From IMG/VR virus record IMGVR_UViG_3300043120_000047, positions 1 through 37,965 of that record: a DNA stretch of 37,965 nt. The stretch is one strand, 5' to 3'. A program made the position numbers and the translations under genes. Position 1 is the first letter of the stretch. The number at the start of each line of letters is the position of its first letter. The stretch is from a virus. Taxonomy: Duplodnaviria; Caudoviricetes. The notes beneath the pieces are model-generated. The model was not told the origin of the DNA. It made no database searches and saw only the letters and a program-made list of their open reading frames with translations. Shown here piece by piece: positions 26,862 through 36,102 of this stretch.

Positions 26862-27116
26862 ATGGAATATTTAATAATTTATGATAGTGAAGGTACAATA
26901 TTTTTTAATGGGTCTGGTTCAGTATCCGAACCTGTTGGTGTACCATTCTTAAGGGTATCAGTACCTGTTGAAAAGATGGTTACAAAAATTGATACAACAA
27001 AAAATCCTCACGAACCCATATTTGTTGATATACCTAAGAATGCTGTCGATAATGAAATCGAACAACTGAAACTCATGGTCGCAGACCTAGCACTTAATCA
27101 AGGAGGTATGTTATAA
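26862..27116 (+). CDS. Tail-fibre-associated protein
   Basis: LIIYDSEG.IF motif; follows fibre. Confidence 0.7.
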   Translation: MEYLIIYDSEGTIFFNGSGSVSEPVGVPFLRVSVPVEKMVTKIDTTKNPHEPIFVDIPKNAVDNEIEQLKLMVADLALNQGGML

Positions 27117-27253
27117 TGTGGGGAAAACTATTTGGCGATTTTATCATCGCAGAAAAATACACATACGCATTTGTAATTGAGCGTAGACCTGATTTCAAAG
27201 CAGAGATTGATGCTTACTTGACAGAGCAAGGTAGAGAAGATTTAATTGTGTGA
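27116..27253 (+). CDS. Small tail-fibre-associated protein (45 aa)
   Basis: AGGAGGT RBS; YTY..V....PDFKAEIDAYL...GREDLI. Confidence 0.7.
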   Translation: MWGKLFGDFIIAEKYTYAFVIERRPDFKAEIDAYLTEQGREDLIV

Positions 27254-27260
27254 TAAATAT

Positions 27261-27278
27261 AGGGGTAGAAATACCCCT
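27261..27278 (+). terminator. GC hairpin, weak terminator
   Basis: aggggta-gaaa-tacccct; poor U tail. Confidence 0.5.
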
Positions 27279-27306
27279 TGTTTCACATACTAAAGGAGGT
27301 AGTAAT

Positions 27307-28914
27307 ATGGCAGTATCAAAAGAACTTCAAGCGTTAAATGATGCTCTAGCGAGAAAAGCAATAACGCCAGATCAATATTCAAAGCAATTCTTAGCGCAAG
27401 CGAATGTTGATTCGACAGCTAGGGCAGAGCAACTAAGAGCATCAAAACAACCATCGACTGCACCTGTAAAGGGTTCTGACTTTGTTAAGATGTGGACAGG
27501 TGACGGAATAGCAAGCGTTAATCCTAACTTTGTTGCACAAAAACAAGCAGAGGGTTTCTCTACTACTATTCCCACACAGGACGAAATGTCTAAACTAATA
27601 GAAATGGCAAGGCGTGGAGAACAAGGCACATTTACTCCCGGAGTTGGCGTTGGTGCAAAAATTCCTGCACCTACTCAAACGGTACAACCTACATCGGGTA
27701 TTAATCAAACTATGCAACAAACACTACAACCTACTAATCAAAACGGCATGATTTCTGATATGTACAAAGGTCAAACTGACGCACTGGTGGCTCAAATTAG
27801 AGCGAATATCGCAAGGGCTACGCAAGGTCAACGAGATATCATAGGTGGCGCACAGCAAAGATACGACCCGTTAAGAGCGCAATCAGAACTCACACGAGAG
27901 CAACAATTGAGATCAACGCTAGAACGTAACGCTAACTTGGGTGACAGAGGTGGAGTCGGTAGAATAGCGGCACTTGAAACTCAAACAGCCGGCGCAAATA
28001 GACTTAATTCCATCGACTTACAACAACAAAATCTAATTGATTCAGCCAATCAAGAAATAGCAAACCTAGAGAGTCAAGGACGATTTGAAGAAGCAAGCGT
28101 TATCGCTAGTCAAAGAGCGCAAGAACTACAGGCACTTTTAGAGAATCAACGTTATCAATCAGAAATATCACGTGCAGACCAAATTAGACAAGATGATTTA
28201 GCAAGACAAGAACAAATTAGACAAGAAGGTTTAACCGCACAATCCGAAGCACAGAGTAGAAATGATTTCCAAAATCAAATACTCGCTAATTATATGGACT
28301 TAGCAGGTTTTGCACAGAGATTGAGAAGTTCCGGCGCACCACAATGGCAGATCGACCAAGTAGAAGCTGCAAGGGTACAAAAGGTCATTGAAAATAATCT
28401 CAATCCATCAACAGGTCTAGCAAATCCAGTAGACACTACACCAAATATCACATCATCTACAGCGGCACTCACATTATGGGAACAACTAGGTGTAGCAAAC
28501 GAAGCGGTTTCAAGAGCATTGGGGATACCTGTAGGTACACCATTCACACCACAATATACAGGTGGTTCAAGTGGTGGAGGGGGAGGATCTCAATTTAATC
28601 CAATGACTACACCACAACCCGAAGCTTTACCACCTAAAGAAGCAATTGCAATAGTCACTGATGCAATCAGAGGTGTAACAGGCCCGGCGGCAGCTGATGT
28701 ACTTGAACAAATGAACCAACAAGGCTACTTTGATAACTTGACAGCATCAGAAATCAAGTCATTAATGAATAAAGCCGGGGTAACTGATTTACAACTTGAA
28801 CAAGCTTACAACAGAGCGACACAACCGATTATACTACCATCGGGTAAAGGTGTAATACAAGGCGCAAACGCAGTACTAAATAGAAGAAATTCAGATACTG
28901 TATTAAGTCAATAG
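27307..28914 (+). CDS. Probable internal virion / ejection protein
   Basis: Q/A-rich helical protein; ATG 27307 after AAGGAGGT; podovirus position. Confidence 0.65.
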   Translation: MAVSKELQALNDALARKAITPDQYSKQFLAQANVDSTARAEQLRASKQPSTAPVKGSDFVKMWTGDGIASVNPNFVAQKQAEGFSTTIPTQDEMSKLIEMARRGEQGTFTPGVGVGAKIPAPTQTVQPTSGINQTMQQTLQPTNQNGMISDMYKGQTDALVAQIRANIARATQGQRDIIGGAQQRYDPLRAQSELTREQQLRSTLERNANLGDRGGVGRIAALETQTAGANRLNSIDLQQQNLIDSANQEIANLESQGRFEEASVIASQRAQELQALLENQRYQSEISRADQIRQDDLARQEQIRQEGLTAQSEAQSRNDFQNQILANYMDLAGFAQRLRSSGAPQWQIDQVEAARVQKVIENNLNPSTGLANPVDTTPNITSSTAALTLWEQLGVANEAVSRALGIPVGTPFTPQYTGGSSGGGGGSQFNPMTTPQPEALPPKEAIAIVTDAIRGVTGPAAADVLEQMNQQGYFDNLTASEIKSLMNKAGVTDLQLEQAYNRATQPIILPSGKGVIQGANAVLNRRNSDTVLSQ

Positions 28915-28923
28915 GAGGATGAT

Positions 28924-31900
28924 ATGGCTAGAACTTCATTACTAGAAAAACTAGGCTCAAAACCAAAATATCAGAGTCCTACAAAGGCGATTACAAGTAC
29001 ATTGAAACCGATTAGAGATATAGGCAGACAAGCGTATGATGAGGGTGCGCTTGTTTCCTCAAAACCTGTTGAACCTAAAGAACAATCGTTTGAAGATATT
29101 CAGAAGGAAATCAAAGCACTTGTATCAAAACCTAACAAGACACAAGCGGAAATTGATCGCGCTAAAGCATTATCGCAAGAGTTTTACTCTAAACAAGCAG
29201 AAGAAAAGAAATTCGGTCAAGGTTTTGCAAGTGGTGTTTCAGCAGGAATTGCACCAAGAATAACAGAACAACTTTATACACCGGAAACCAAATCAAGAGT
29301 TGATACAGCTAAAAGCGGACTACCTTATATCGCAGGTAACTTGCTCGGTACTGGTGCATTAATAGCAGGTGGCTATGGTGCATTTGGTGGTGCAGTAACG
29401 GGCCCTGCAATAACTGGTGGTGGTGGCGTAGGTGGCGCAACTGGAACTCTAGCACCTAGCCTTGCACAGAAAATTGGTTATTTGGGTGCTACTGGCACAG
29501 CAGGGGCGTTAGCAGGGGAACTAGCAAAAGACGTTGCAATTGGCGCACCAATAGCTGCGGTTCAATCTTTAGCAAGCGGACGTGATGTTAAAAAAGAACT
29601 CGCTGAAAACTTACTTATAGATATTGCAATGGGTACTGGATTCTCGTTACTTGGTAAAGGATTCAAAGCACTCAAAGGATTAAAACAAACTGACGATGTA
29701 GTTCAACAGCTTGCTAAACAATCAAACATACCTTTAGATGAAGCTAAAAAAGTGATTGACGATGTTATTGACAACACACCAGTACAAAGAACAGATGAAC
29801 TTATGCAAATGAGAACTAGAACGCCACAGGCAGAACCTATATTAAGTGGTGTAGATAACGTTGCTTCTAGTGTTGACAATATTGTGGGTAGTGTGGATAA
29901 CGTCACACCTAAACCGTCAATACTTCAAAGAATGAACGAAACACCATTAGAAAATTTGGACAACCAAGCAAACAGGACAATGGCGGCTAATATTGAAACT
30001 GACATACCGTCACAAACCATTGCACAAGATACATTGACTTTAAAAGAACGTGGTTTCAGTGAGAATATTAGAACTGACGCAAACAGGGTTGACGAATTGA
30101 GAAAAGAATTTGATAGCAACCCGGAATTTTACGATGTTCTAAGCAATAAATCAACACTAGATTCTGCACAGGCTAGATTTGATAAAGGATATGAAGAAGC
30201 ATTAAAAGATTTTGATGCTACTAAAAAACAATTAAGACCCGACAATGTGCCTTTATCAAAATTAATAGCTGATGAAGCTGTAAGACGTGGTGATATGCAA
30301 ACTGCTCGCAGAGTTATAATTGATGTTGCTGAAAGTTTGACAACTGCCGGACAATATTCGCAAGCGGCTAAAATACTAAGAGAGTCTAATGATCCTGTTA
30401 CCGTATTAAGATTTGTTCAACAAGAAATAAACAAACTTAATGAACAAGGATTAAAAAGACTAGGTAAAGGTACTAAATTATCTAAAGGTTGGGAAGATAT
30501 ACAACTCAACAACGATGAACTTGAATTGATCGGTAGAATAGGCAAAGACGCTACAGACGAACAAAAAGAAGAACTGTTCCAACAATTGTTTAATAGCGTT
30601 TCAAAAAGAATCCCAACAACCAATAGAGAAAAGTTTGACTCATTTAGACGTATGGCAATGCTTTTCAATCCAAAAACTCACGTTAGAAACACTTTAGGTA
30701 ATGCAATAATGGGTGCTACTAAAAAAATAGCAGATACAATAGCTGTTGGACTAGAAAAAACATTACTTCCTAAAGAGTTAAGAACAAAATCCTTGTCTGC
30801 ACCAAAAGAACTAAAAACAATTGCAGAGAATTATTGGGAAGCAAACAAGAAACAACTTGTGGAAGGTAGCAGATGGGAAATATTCGGAACAAAGACACCT
30901 TTTGCTGACAAAAGAATCTTTAACAATAACGTGTTAGAAAAGCTAAATCAAATAAGTAAAGACACACTTAATGAAGAAGATATATTTTTCTTTAAACGTC
31001 ATTTTAAAAGTGACTTAGCAAACTTTATGAACGCTAGAGGGTTAAAAGAACCTACCAAAGAAGCTACTGATTACGCATTAAGACGGGCGCAAGAAGCTAC
31101 TTTTAGAGAAGCAAACGCTTTGTCTGATGCAATCAACAAATTAAAAGGGACCAAAGCAGGACTTATAGTTGATGCAGCTATTCCTTTCACAAAAACACCT
31201 GCTAACATTTTAGTAACAGGTACGAAATTTTCGCCTATAGGATTGGTAGAAAGTGTATATCAATTAGCAAGAGGAGAAACTCCGGAGAAGATCATTGAAA
31301 CATTTTCAAAAGGATTAACTGGTACTGGACTTACAATGGTTGGTTACTACATGGCAATGAATGGTTTTGCTCGTGGGGAATATGAGAAAAACAATAGAGT
31401 GGAAGGATTAAAACAAGCTAGTGGCGAACTTCCAAACTCTTTAGTATTTCCGAACGGTAGTTACACAATAGATTGGGCGCAACCTACAGCAATACCTTTC
31501 TTTATGGGTGTTGGTTTAGCCGAATCTCTTAAAAAATCAGAGGGGGAGGATAAATTATCTGCCGGGTTTGAAGCGTTAGTTGCAGGTGGTGACACTCTTG
31601 TAAATTCATCGATGCTTAGGAATGTAAAGGATTTATTCGGGGGCTCGTACGGTTCAACTACCGAAAACTTATTACAATTGCCTATTGATTACTTAACACA
31701 GGCTTTCCCTACTGTATCCGGTCAAATTGCAAGAACAATAGACCCTACAAAACGCCAATTAGACTACAATTCATTTGCTGAAACTACAAAGCAACAACTT
31801 CAAGCTAAAACGCCGGGGTTGAGTAAATTATTACCACCTAAGCGTGATGTATTAGGACAAGAAATGAAATATGGTAGTGGTTTCTTAAATGCCATACAAC

Positions 31901-32235
31901 AATTTTTAAGTCCGGGATATGTTGGCGTAAAAGCAAACGAACCAGTTTTAAACGAACTCAACAGGCTTTACGAATCAGAGGGATCAAGTTTCTTGCCTAG
32001 AGCAAAAGTAAATAGCTTTACATCTGATAAAGTTAAATATACACTTGATAACAAAGAGATAAGTGAATTTCAAAAGATTATGGGTAACTATACTAACGAC
32101 AAAATATCTAGCATAATAAAAACTTCCGGTTACAAAAGCTTATCTGATGAAGGAAAAGCCAAAGTTATAAAAGACATCAACGATGATGGTTATGATTTGG
32201 CAAAAGAAAAAATAATATCATCAAGGAGGAAATAA
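28924..32235 (+). CDS. Large internal virion / DNA ejection protein
   Basis: 1103 aa; G/A-rich hydrophobic segments; MLFNPKTHVRN, IPFTKTPANI, YTIDWAQP motifs. Confidence 0.7.
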   Translation: MARTSLLEKLGSKPKYQSPTKAITSTLKPIRDIGRQAYDEGALVSSKPVEPKEQSFEDIQKEIKALVSKPNKTQAEIDRAKALSQEFYSKQAEEKKFGQGFASGVSAGIAPRITEQLYTPETKSRVDTAKSGLPYIAGNLLGTGALIAGGYGAFGGAVTGPAITGGGGVGGATGTLAPSLAQKIGYLGATGTAGALAGELAKDVAIGAPIAAVQSLASGRDVKKELAENLLIDIAMGTGFSLLGKGFKALKGLKQTDDVVQQLAKQSNIPLDEAKKVIDDVIDNTPVQRTDELMQMRTRTPQAEPILSGVDNVASSVDNIVGSVDNVTPKPSILQRMNETPLENLDNQANRTMAANIETDIPSQTIAQDTLTLKERGFSENIRTDANRVDELRKEFDSNPEFYDVLSNKSTLDSAQARFDKGYEEALKDFDATKKQLRPDNVPLSKLIADEAVRRGDMQTARRVIIDVAESLTTAGQYSQAAKILRESNDPVTVLRFVQQEINKLNEQGLKRLGKGTKLSKGWEDIQLNNDELELIGRIGKDATDEQKEELFQQLFNSVSKRIPTTNREKFDSFRRMAMLFNPKTHVRNTLGNAIMGATKKIADTIAVGLEKTLLPKELRTKSLSAPKELKTIAENYWEANKKQLVEGSRWEIFGTKTPFADKRIFNNNVLEKLNQISKDTLNEEDIFFFKRHFKSDLANFMNARGLKEPTKEATDYALRRAQEATFREANALSDAINKLKGTKAGLIVDAAIPFTKTPANILVTGTKFSPIGLVESVYQLARGETPEKIIETFSKGLTGTGLTMVGYYMAMNGFARGEYEKNNRVEGLKQASGELPNSLVFPNGSYTIDWAQPTAIPFFMGVGLAESLKKSEGEDKLSAGFEALVAGGDTLVNSSMLRNVKDLFGGSYGSTTENLLQLPIDYLTQAFPTVSGQIARTIDPTKRQLDYNSFAETTKQQLQAKTPGLSKLLPPKRDVLGQEMKYGSGFLNAIQQFLSPGYVGVKANEPVLNELNRLYESEGSSFLPRAKVNSFTSDKVKYTLDNKEISEFQKIMGNYTNDKISSIIKTSGYKSLSDEGKAKVIKDINDDGYDLAKEKIISSRRK

Positions 32236-32366
32236 TGTTAGAATTTATAGACCGTTTGTATATTATCGCAACCTTGGTATCTTTAGCAATGGCCGCTTTA
32301 ATCTATATAGCAATGTTCGTAGCAAAGGGGGTAAACCGTGCAAGAAAATCATCCAAATTACAGTGA
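32235..32366 (+). CDS. Small single-TM protein (43 aa)
   Basis: AAGGAGG RBS; TAATG coupling; hydrophobic core with basic tail. Confidence 0.55.
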   Translation: MLEFIDRLYIIATLVSLAMAALIYIAMFVAKGVNRARKSSKLQ

Positions 32367-32610
32367 ACATACTAAACTATTTGACAGACAACATGAAATC
32401 AATTCAGACTTTGAAAGAAGGTTGAGTAGAGTGGAAAGCCGACAAGACGTATCGGATGAAAAGTTTAGTCAAGTCTTCAAAAAACTTGATGAAATAATCG
32501 AAATACTCAAAATAAGTCAATCAAGACTACCTAACATGGTTTGGGGATTGGCAGGATCGGTTGGAGGAGGTGTGGCTGTATGGCTAGTACTTCAATTCAT
32601 CCAAAAATAA
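32338..32610 (+). CDS. XhlA/holin-like protein
   Basis: Coiled coil plus C-terminal TM; lysis module. Confidence 0.65.
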   Translation: MQENHPNYSEHTKLFDRQHEINSDFERRLSRVESRQDVSDEKFSQVFKKLDEIIEILKISQSRLPNMVWGLAGSVGGGVAVWLVLQFIQK

Positions 32611-32888
32611 AATACTTTCTAATATGCTTTATAGTGGCTTCTATGGTGATTGGGTTGTGCTTGGTACTAAGTTATAAACCAAGCATAAAAACAGCTACAG
32701 ACGAAGATTTGAACGCTATACACGGCATTAAGATTACCTTTAGTGATGGGGCTGTAAATTACGGTCCCATTGCCGAAGATATTGTTGGTTACATAAATCA
32801 AAACCCTAAAGTAAAAGTTGAAGATTTACGCATAATCAAGGGTGTTGACGATATGATAATCGACCAACTAAAGGAGAAATACAGATGA
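32580..32888 (+). CDS. Membrane-anchored ComEA-like helix-hairpin-helix protein
   Basis: TM then IKTATDEDLNAIHGI...IAEDIVGY...VEDLRIIKGV. Confidence 0.7.
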   Translation: MASTSIHPKIKYFLICFIVASMVIGLCLVLSYKPSIKTATDEDLNAIHGIKITFSDGAVNYGPIAEDIVGYINQNPKVKVEDLRIIKGVDDMIIDQLKEKYR

Positions 32889-33427
32889 TAAACAGTAGAC
32901 TAGCATCAGACTTGCATTTGATAGTAGAAACAAAAGCAATTGAACATATTAAAAGATGCAAAGACAGAGGGATTAATATTATATTGACTTCTACTTTAAG
33001 GGATGATGAATATCAAGGTAAACTGTACGAACAAGGACGATCAGCACCCGGACAAATTGTTACCAACATGTCACGTACTGGGGCGCATGGATTAGGCTTG
33101 GCTTATGATGTGGTTCCGGTTGATGTTAACGGTAATGCGATTTGGTCAGATGATAGATTGTGGAATATTATCGGAGAAGAAGGTGTTAAATTAGGCTTTG
33201 TGTGGGGTGGTAATTGGAAGTCTTTCGTAGACTCGCCACACTTTGAATTAACGGACGGATTAAAGTACAGTGATTTGAGAGAAGGTAAAAGACCTGCGTG
33301 GTTTAACAATCCTTCATTTTATGGTTATGTTGCATTTAGAACTAAATTTGAAGGGCAAACAATGGATTTTTTAGACGCTTACAAATACGCCGATCCGTTG
33401 TTTGAAAGACTTGCAAAACTACTCTAG
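32885..33427 (+). CDS. Endolysin, M15 (L-Ala-D-Glu) peptidase
   Basis: R...Q..LYEQGR..PG.IVT, HGLGLAYD, WGGNW..FVDSPHFE. Confidence 0.92.
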   Translation: MINSRLASDLHLIVETKAIEHIKRCKDRGINIILTSTLRDDEYQGKLYEQGRSAPGQIVTNMSRTGAHGLGLAYDVVPVDVNGNAIWSDDRLWNIIGEEGVKLGFVWGGNWKSFVDSPHFELTDGLKYSDLREGKRPAWFNNPSFYGYVAFRTKFEGQTMDFLDAYKYADPLFERLAKLL

Positions 33428-33435
33428 GGGGCATT

Positions 33436-34332
33436 ATGGATTTAAGAGAAAGACAATGTAAAGGTGTTATGAAAATAGGTGTAATAGAAATGTATTCCAA
33501 CGGTAAAGAGGACGCTATAAAACCTTTTGATATGCCAACCCATGAGAAAGAGTCTTGGACGAATCACGCAAGCAACGTTATAGCGATTATTAAACATTAT
33601 GTTCCTAACGCCGAAATTCACCTTGTACCAAGTTCTAAGCAAGGGATAGACTATCTTATTAAGAATGAAATAAAACTCATCAACATGTCATTATCAAGCT
33701 ATGCGGCACCTTGGCACAAAGAGTTATCTAATCATTCGTTTATATGCATAGCTGCCGGGAATGATGGCGCAGAAGGTGAAAGCGGGGTTGCTCGGATACA
33801 GAACGCTTGCGCAGTCGGTGCAATCAAATCGGATTTAAGTCCTCAATCGTATTCTAGCTATGGCAAAGGAGTTGTAAAAACTTGTGCTATTACAGGACTT
33901 GACACCTACACAGGTAAGATGTTACACGGTACTTCTTTTGCTTCTCCTGTTATTACTGGATTATTGGCGCAATGGTTTATATGGTTCAAAGAGTCTTTCG
34001 GGGTTTATCCGTCAATTAGACACACAAACAGATTTATTATTGAGAACTCACATGACGTGTTTGATGATGCGTGGGATTTACGCACAGGTTACGGGTTGTT
34101 TAGACTTCCAAAGATATTTGAACACAAATCACTAGAGTTGAAAGACGGTGAGAAAGTCGCTATAATTAATAAGGTAACTGAATCAATTGTAGTCCGATCA
34201 GAAATCGATCTTGTTTTAACTCCTTTTATTAAAGAAGGTAGATTTGTAACATCAACAAGGGACATAGGGGATTTTGCAGAAATGACTGTAAATTGGGAAC
34301 AAGCAACTAAAACAGGCGTGTTTATAGAATAG
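33436..34332 (+). CDS. S8 subtilase with C-terminal copper-amine-oxidase-N-like domain
   Basis: NHASNV, INMSLS, AAGNDG, AVGA, GTSFASP, TGYG; tail PFIKEGR...R...VNW...TKT. Confidence 0.85.
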   Translation: MDLRERQCKGVMKIGVIEMYSNGKEDAIKPFDMPTHEKESWTNHASNVIAIIKHYVPNAEIHLVPSSKQGIDYLIKNEIKLINMSLSSYAAPWHKELSNHSFICIAAGNDGAEGESGVARIQNACAVGAIKSDLSPQSYSSYGKGVVKTCAITGLDTYTGKMLHGTSFASPVITGLLAQWFIWFKESFGVYPSIRHTNRFIIENSHDVFDDAWDLRTGYGLFRLPKIFEHKSLELKDGEKVAIINKVTESIVVRSEIDLVLTPFIKEGRFVTSTRDIGDFAEMTVNWEQATKTGVFIE

Positions 34333-34342
34333 GGAGGAATTT

Positions 34343-34519
34343 ATGTTGAAAAGATTGGAAAAACTTATAGACGTTAAAACAATCATTACTTTTGGTTTTG
34401 TATTTGCTTTTATCTATCTAGCTTTTAGAGGTGATATACAAGCAACTGCACTCGAAAACATTGTACTCATGATTGTAGGTTTTTACTTTGGCACACAGTT
34501 TCAGAAATCAAAAGAATAG
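34343..34519 (+). CDS. Putative holin (58 aa, 2 TM)
   Basis: KLIDVKTIIT...IVGFYFGTQ; GGAGG RBS. Confidence 0.75.
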   Translation: MLKRLEKLIDVKTIITFGFVFAFIYLAFRGDIQATALENIVLMIVGFYFGTQFQKSKE

Positions 34520-34521
34520 TA

Positions 34522-34550
34522 TTGACATTTAATTTTAAAAGTTGTATATT
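34522..34550 (+). promoter_or_regulatory. sigma-A-type promoter for putative sRNA
   Basis: TTGACA-17-TATATT. Confidence 0.75.
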
Positions 34551-34555
34551 AAAAG

Positions 34556-34636
34556 CGGGTTATGAATCGGGAGTACCGACAACCTATAGAAACTTATAAG
34601 AACCACTACAAAGACCACTCGAAAGGGTGGTTTTTT
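34556..34636 (+). ncRNA. Putative ~80-nt small RNA
   Basis: Between promoter and terminator; no RBS-led ORF; nested hairpin. Confidence 0.55.
34613..34636 (+). terminator. Intrinsic terminator ending late operon / sRNA
   Basis: gaccactc-gaaa-gggtggtt-tttt. Confidence 0.88.
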
Positions 34637-34675
34637 CATGCCTAAAATTAATTAAAAAAACTTTTCAAATGTCTA

Positions 34676-34704
34676 TTGACGATACCGTATATACGTGGTA
34701 AGAT
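34676..34704 (+). promoter_or_regulatory. Early promoter with palindrome in spacer
   Basis: TTGACG-17-TAAGAT with TG extension; CGTATATACG at 34686-34695. Confidence 0.75.
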
Positions 34705-34743
34705 AAGAGTATCAAATAACACAAACCAAGAAAGGAGAACAAT

Positions 34744-34887
34744 ATGAGCGAAAAAAGAGAAAGATTTGAAACAACGTTAAAACCCGAATTAAAAGAAAAA
34801 TTAAAGCTAGTTGCAATCAAAAGAAAAAAGAACATCAACGAATTGATTGAAGAATGGATACAGAATCTTAAAGTTAGTGAAAAGTAG
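34744..34887 (+). CDS. Ribbon-helix-helix regulator (47 aa)
   Basis: RERFETTLKPELKEKLKLVAIKRKKNINELIEE; AAGGAG RBS. Confidence 0.8.
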   Translation: MSEKRERFETTLKPELKEKLKLVAIKRKKNINELIEEWIQNLKVSEK

Positions 34888-34892
34888 GGGTT

Positions 34893-35295
34893 ACAGTAAA
34901 TAAACTGATAGAGAATTTATAGGAGGGTTATGATTTTTAATATGGAAAGATTTAAAAAAAGACATGATGAATTAGAAAGACTTATAAATATAGATTATGC
35001 AATAGAAAAAGCAGTTAAAGAAGAATATTATTTTGCTAATCCAATCAATGACGGAAGAATAACAAAAGATGATATAAAAGATTTAATTGATTGGGCAAAT
35101 GAGGAACAAATAAAAAAAGAATATAGAGGTTGTTATCATTGTAAACATTTTAAATCTAACCCAACTGAAAACGAATGTCTTATAACTCGTGATTATTGTT
35201 ATCCTGCACACGAAATTGATAATTGCGAAGATTTTGAACATTACGAAACTAAGGATAAGACGGTAAATAAACTGATCGAGAATTTATAGGAGGGT
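34893..35295 (+). repeat. 36-bp direct repeat pair flanking CDS 34930-35289
   Basis: 34893-34928 vs 35260-35295, 34/36 identical. Confidence 0.9.
34930..35289 (+). CDS. Hypothetical Cys-containing protein
   Basis: AGGAGG RBS; CYHCKHF. Confidence 0.7.
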   Translation: MIFNMERFKKRHDELERLINIDYAIEKAVKEEYYFANPINDGRITKDDIKDLIDWANEEQIKKEYRGCYHCKHFKSNPTENECLITRDYCYPAHEIDNCEDFEHYETKDKTVNKLIENL

Positions 35296-35298
35296 AAG

Positions 35299-35547
35299 AT
35301 GAAAGCTGAATTAATAAGAGAAGCGTTAACTCATGTAATATTTTGGAATAAAATTATGGATGCCACTTGTACGTGTTTAGATTGCAGAACTCAACAAAAC
35401 ATCGAAGCAGAACTAGCCGAACTTGAACGCCTTGCAGAAATCGGACGTGCGACAGAGAAATTATTTAAAGCATATGCTTGGGTGGAAACAATAGGTGAAG
35501 ATTTTAAATCCGTTGAAGAATTACTAAATTGGGCTAAGGAGGACTAA
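35299..35547 (+). CDS. Hypothetical protein
   Basis: AGGAGG RBS. Confidence 0.7.
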   Translation: MKAELIREALTHVIFWNKIMDATCTCLDCRTQQNIEAELAELERLAEIGRATEKLFKAYAWVETIGEDFKSVEELLNWAKED

Positions 35548-35709
35548 ATGACTTACAAAGAAGCATATATGAACTGCAAAACTTTAGAAGAATTAGAAAA
35601 AGAAGTTGAAAAAGATATTAAGATAGCTATTTTAATTAATCCTGACAGAATAGCTGTAATCAAGAAAGTGTGCGAAGAAGTAGCAAATTTAAAGTTTAAG
35701 GAGGACTAA
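35548..35709 (+). CDS. Hypothetical protein (53 aa)
   Basis: AAGGAGG RBS; fills gap. Confidence 0.7.
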   Translation: MTYKEAYMNCKTLEELEKEVEKDIKIAILINPDRIAVIKKVCEEVANLKFKED

Positions 35710-36036
35710 ATGACTAGCATAGTTGTATATAACGTTAATTCAATGGTACACGAAAAAGTAAAAACAGAATCGGTTGAAAAGTTTTCAAGGTTTAGAGTCA
35801 AAGACAAAACAACAAGCATAGACATGTTTGTAGACGAAAAAGACATTGTGTTAAAATTAGGATCTACTAAAACAAAAGTAAAGTTTTCTACATTGTTACA
35901 AGCGGTAGCAGACGCATTTGAAAATGGCGAGTTTTATTTGGAAGAATCAGATGATATTTGTTACATGTTAGAAAATGAACGTGATCAACTTAGAAGGGAG
36001 TTAGAACATGGGCGAACAGTATTACTTAACAGATGA
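35710..36036 (+). CDS. Hypothetical protein
   Basis: AAGGAGG RBS. Confidence 0.7.
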   Translation: MTSIVVYNVNSMVHEKVKTESVEKFSRFRVKDKTTSIDMFVDEKDIVLKLGSTKTKVKFSTLLQAVADAFENGEFYLEESDDICYMLENERDQLRRELEHGRTVLLNR

Positions 36037-36094
36037 ACAGAACCAAGAGTATGAGGAATGGTTGGCGAATCAAAACGATGATTATCAAAGTTGA
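36008..36094 (+). CDS. Possible acidic 28-aa peptide
   Basis: GGGAG RBS; MGEQYYLTDEQNQEYEEWLANQNDDYQS. Confidence 0.4.
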   Translation: MGEQYYLTDEQNQEYEEWLANQNDDYQS

Positions 36095-36102
36095 GGTGTA
36101 AT

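Noticed and set aside
22834-28926. TAGGAGG-N5-ATGG starts of structural genes as cassette repeats
   Set aside because: Limited to SD consensus with differing spacers; not counted among the duplications
28924-32235. Tape measure protein
   Set aside because: No tail tube, chaperone or baseplate genes; context fits podoviral ejection proteins
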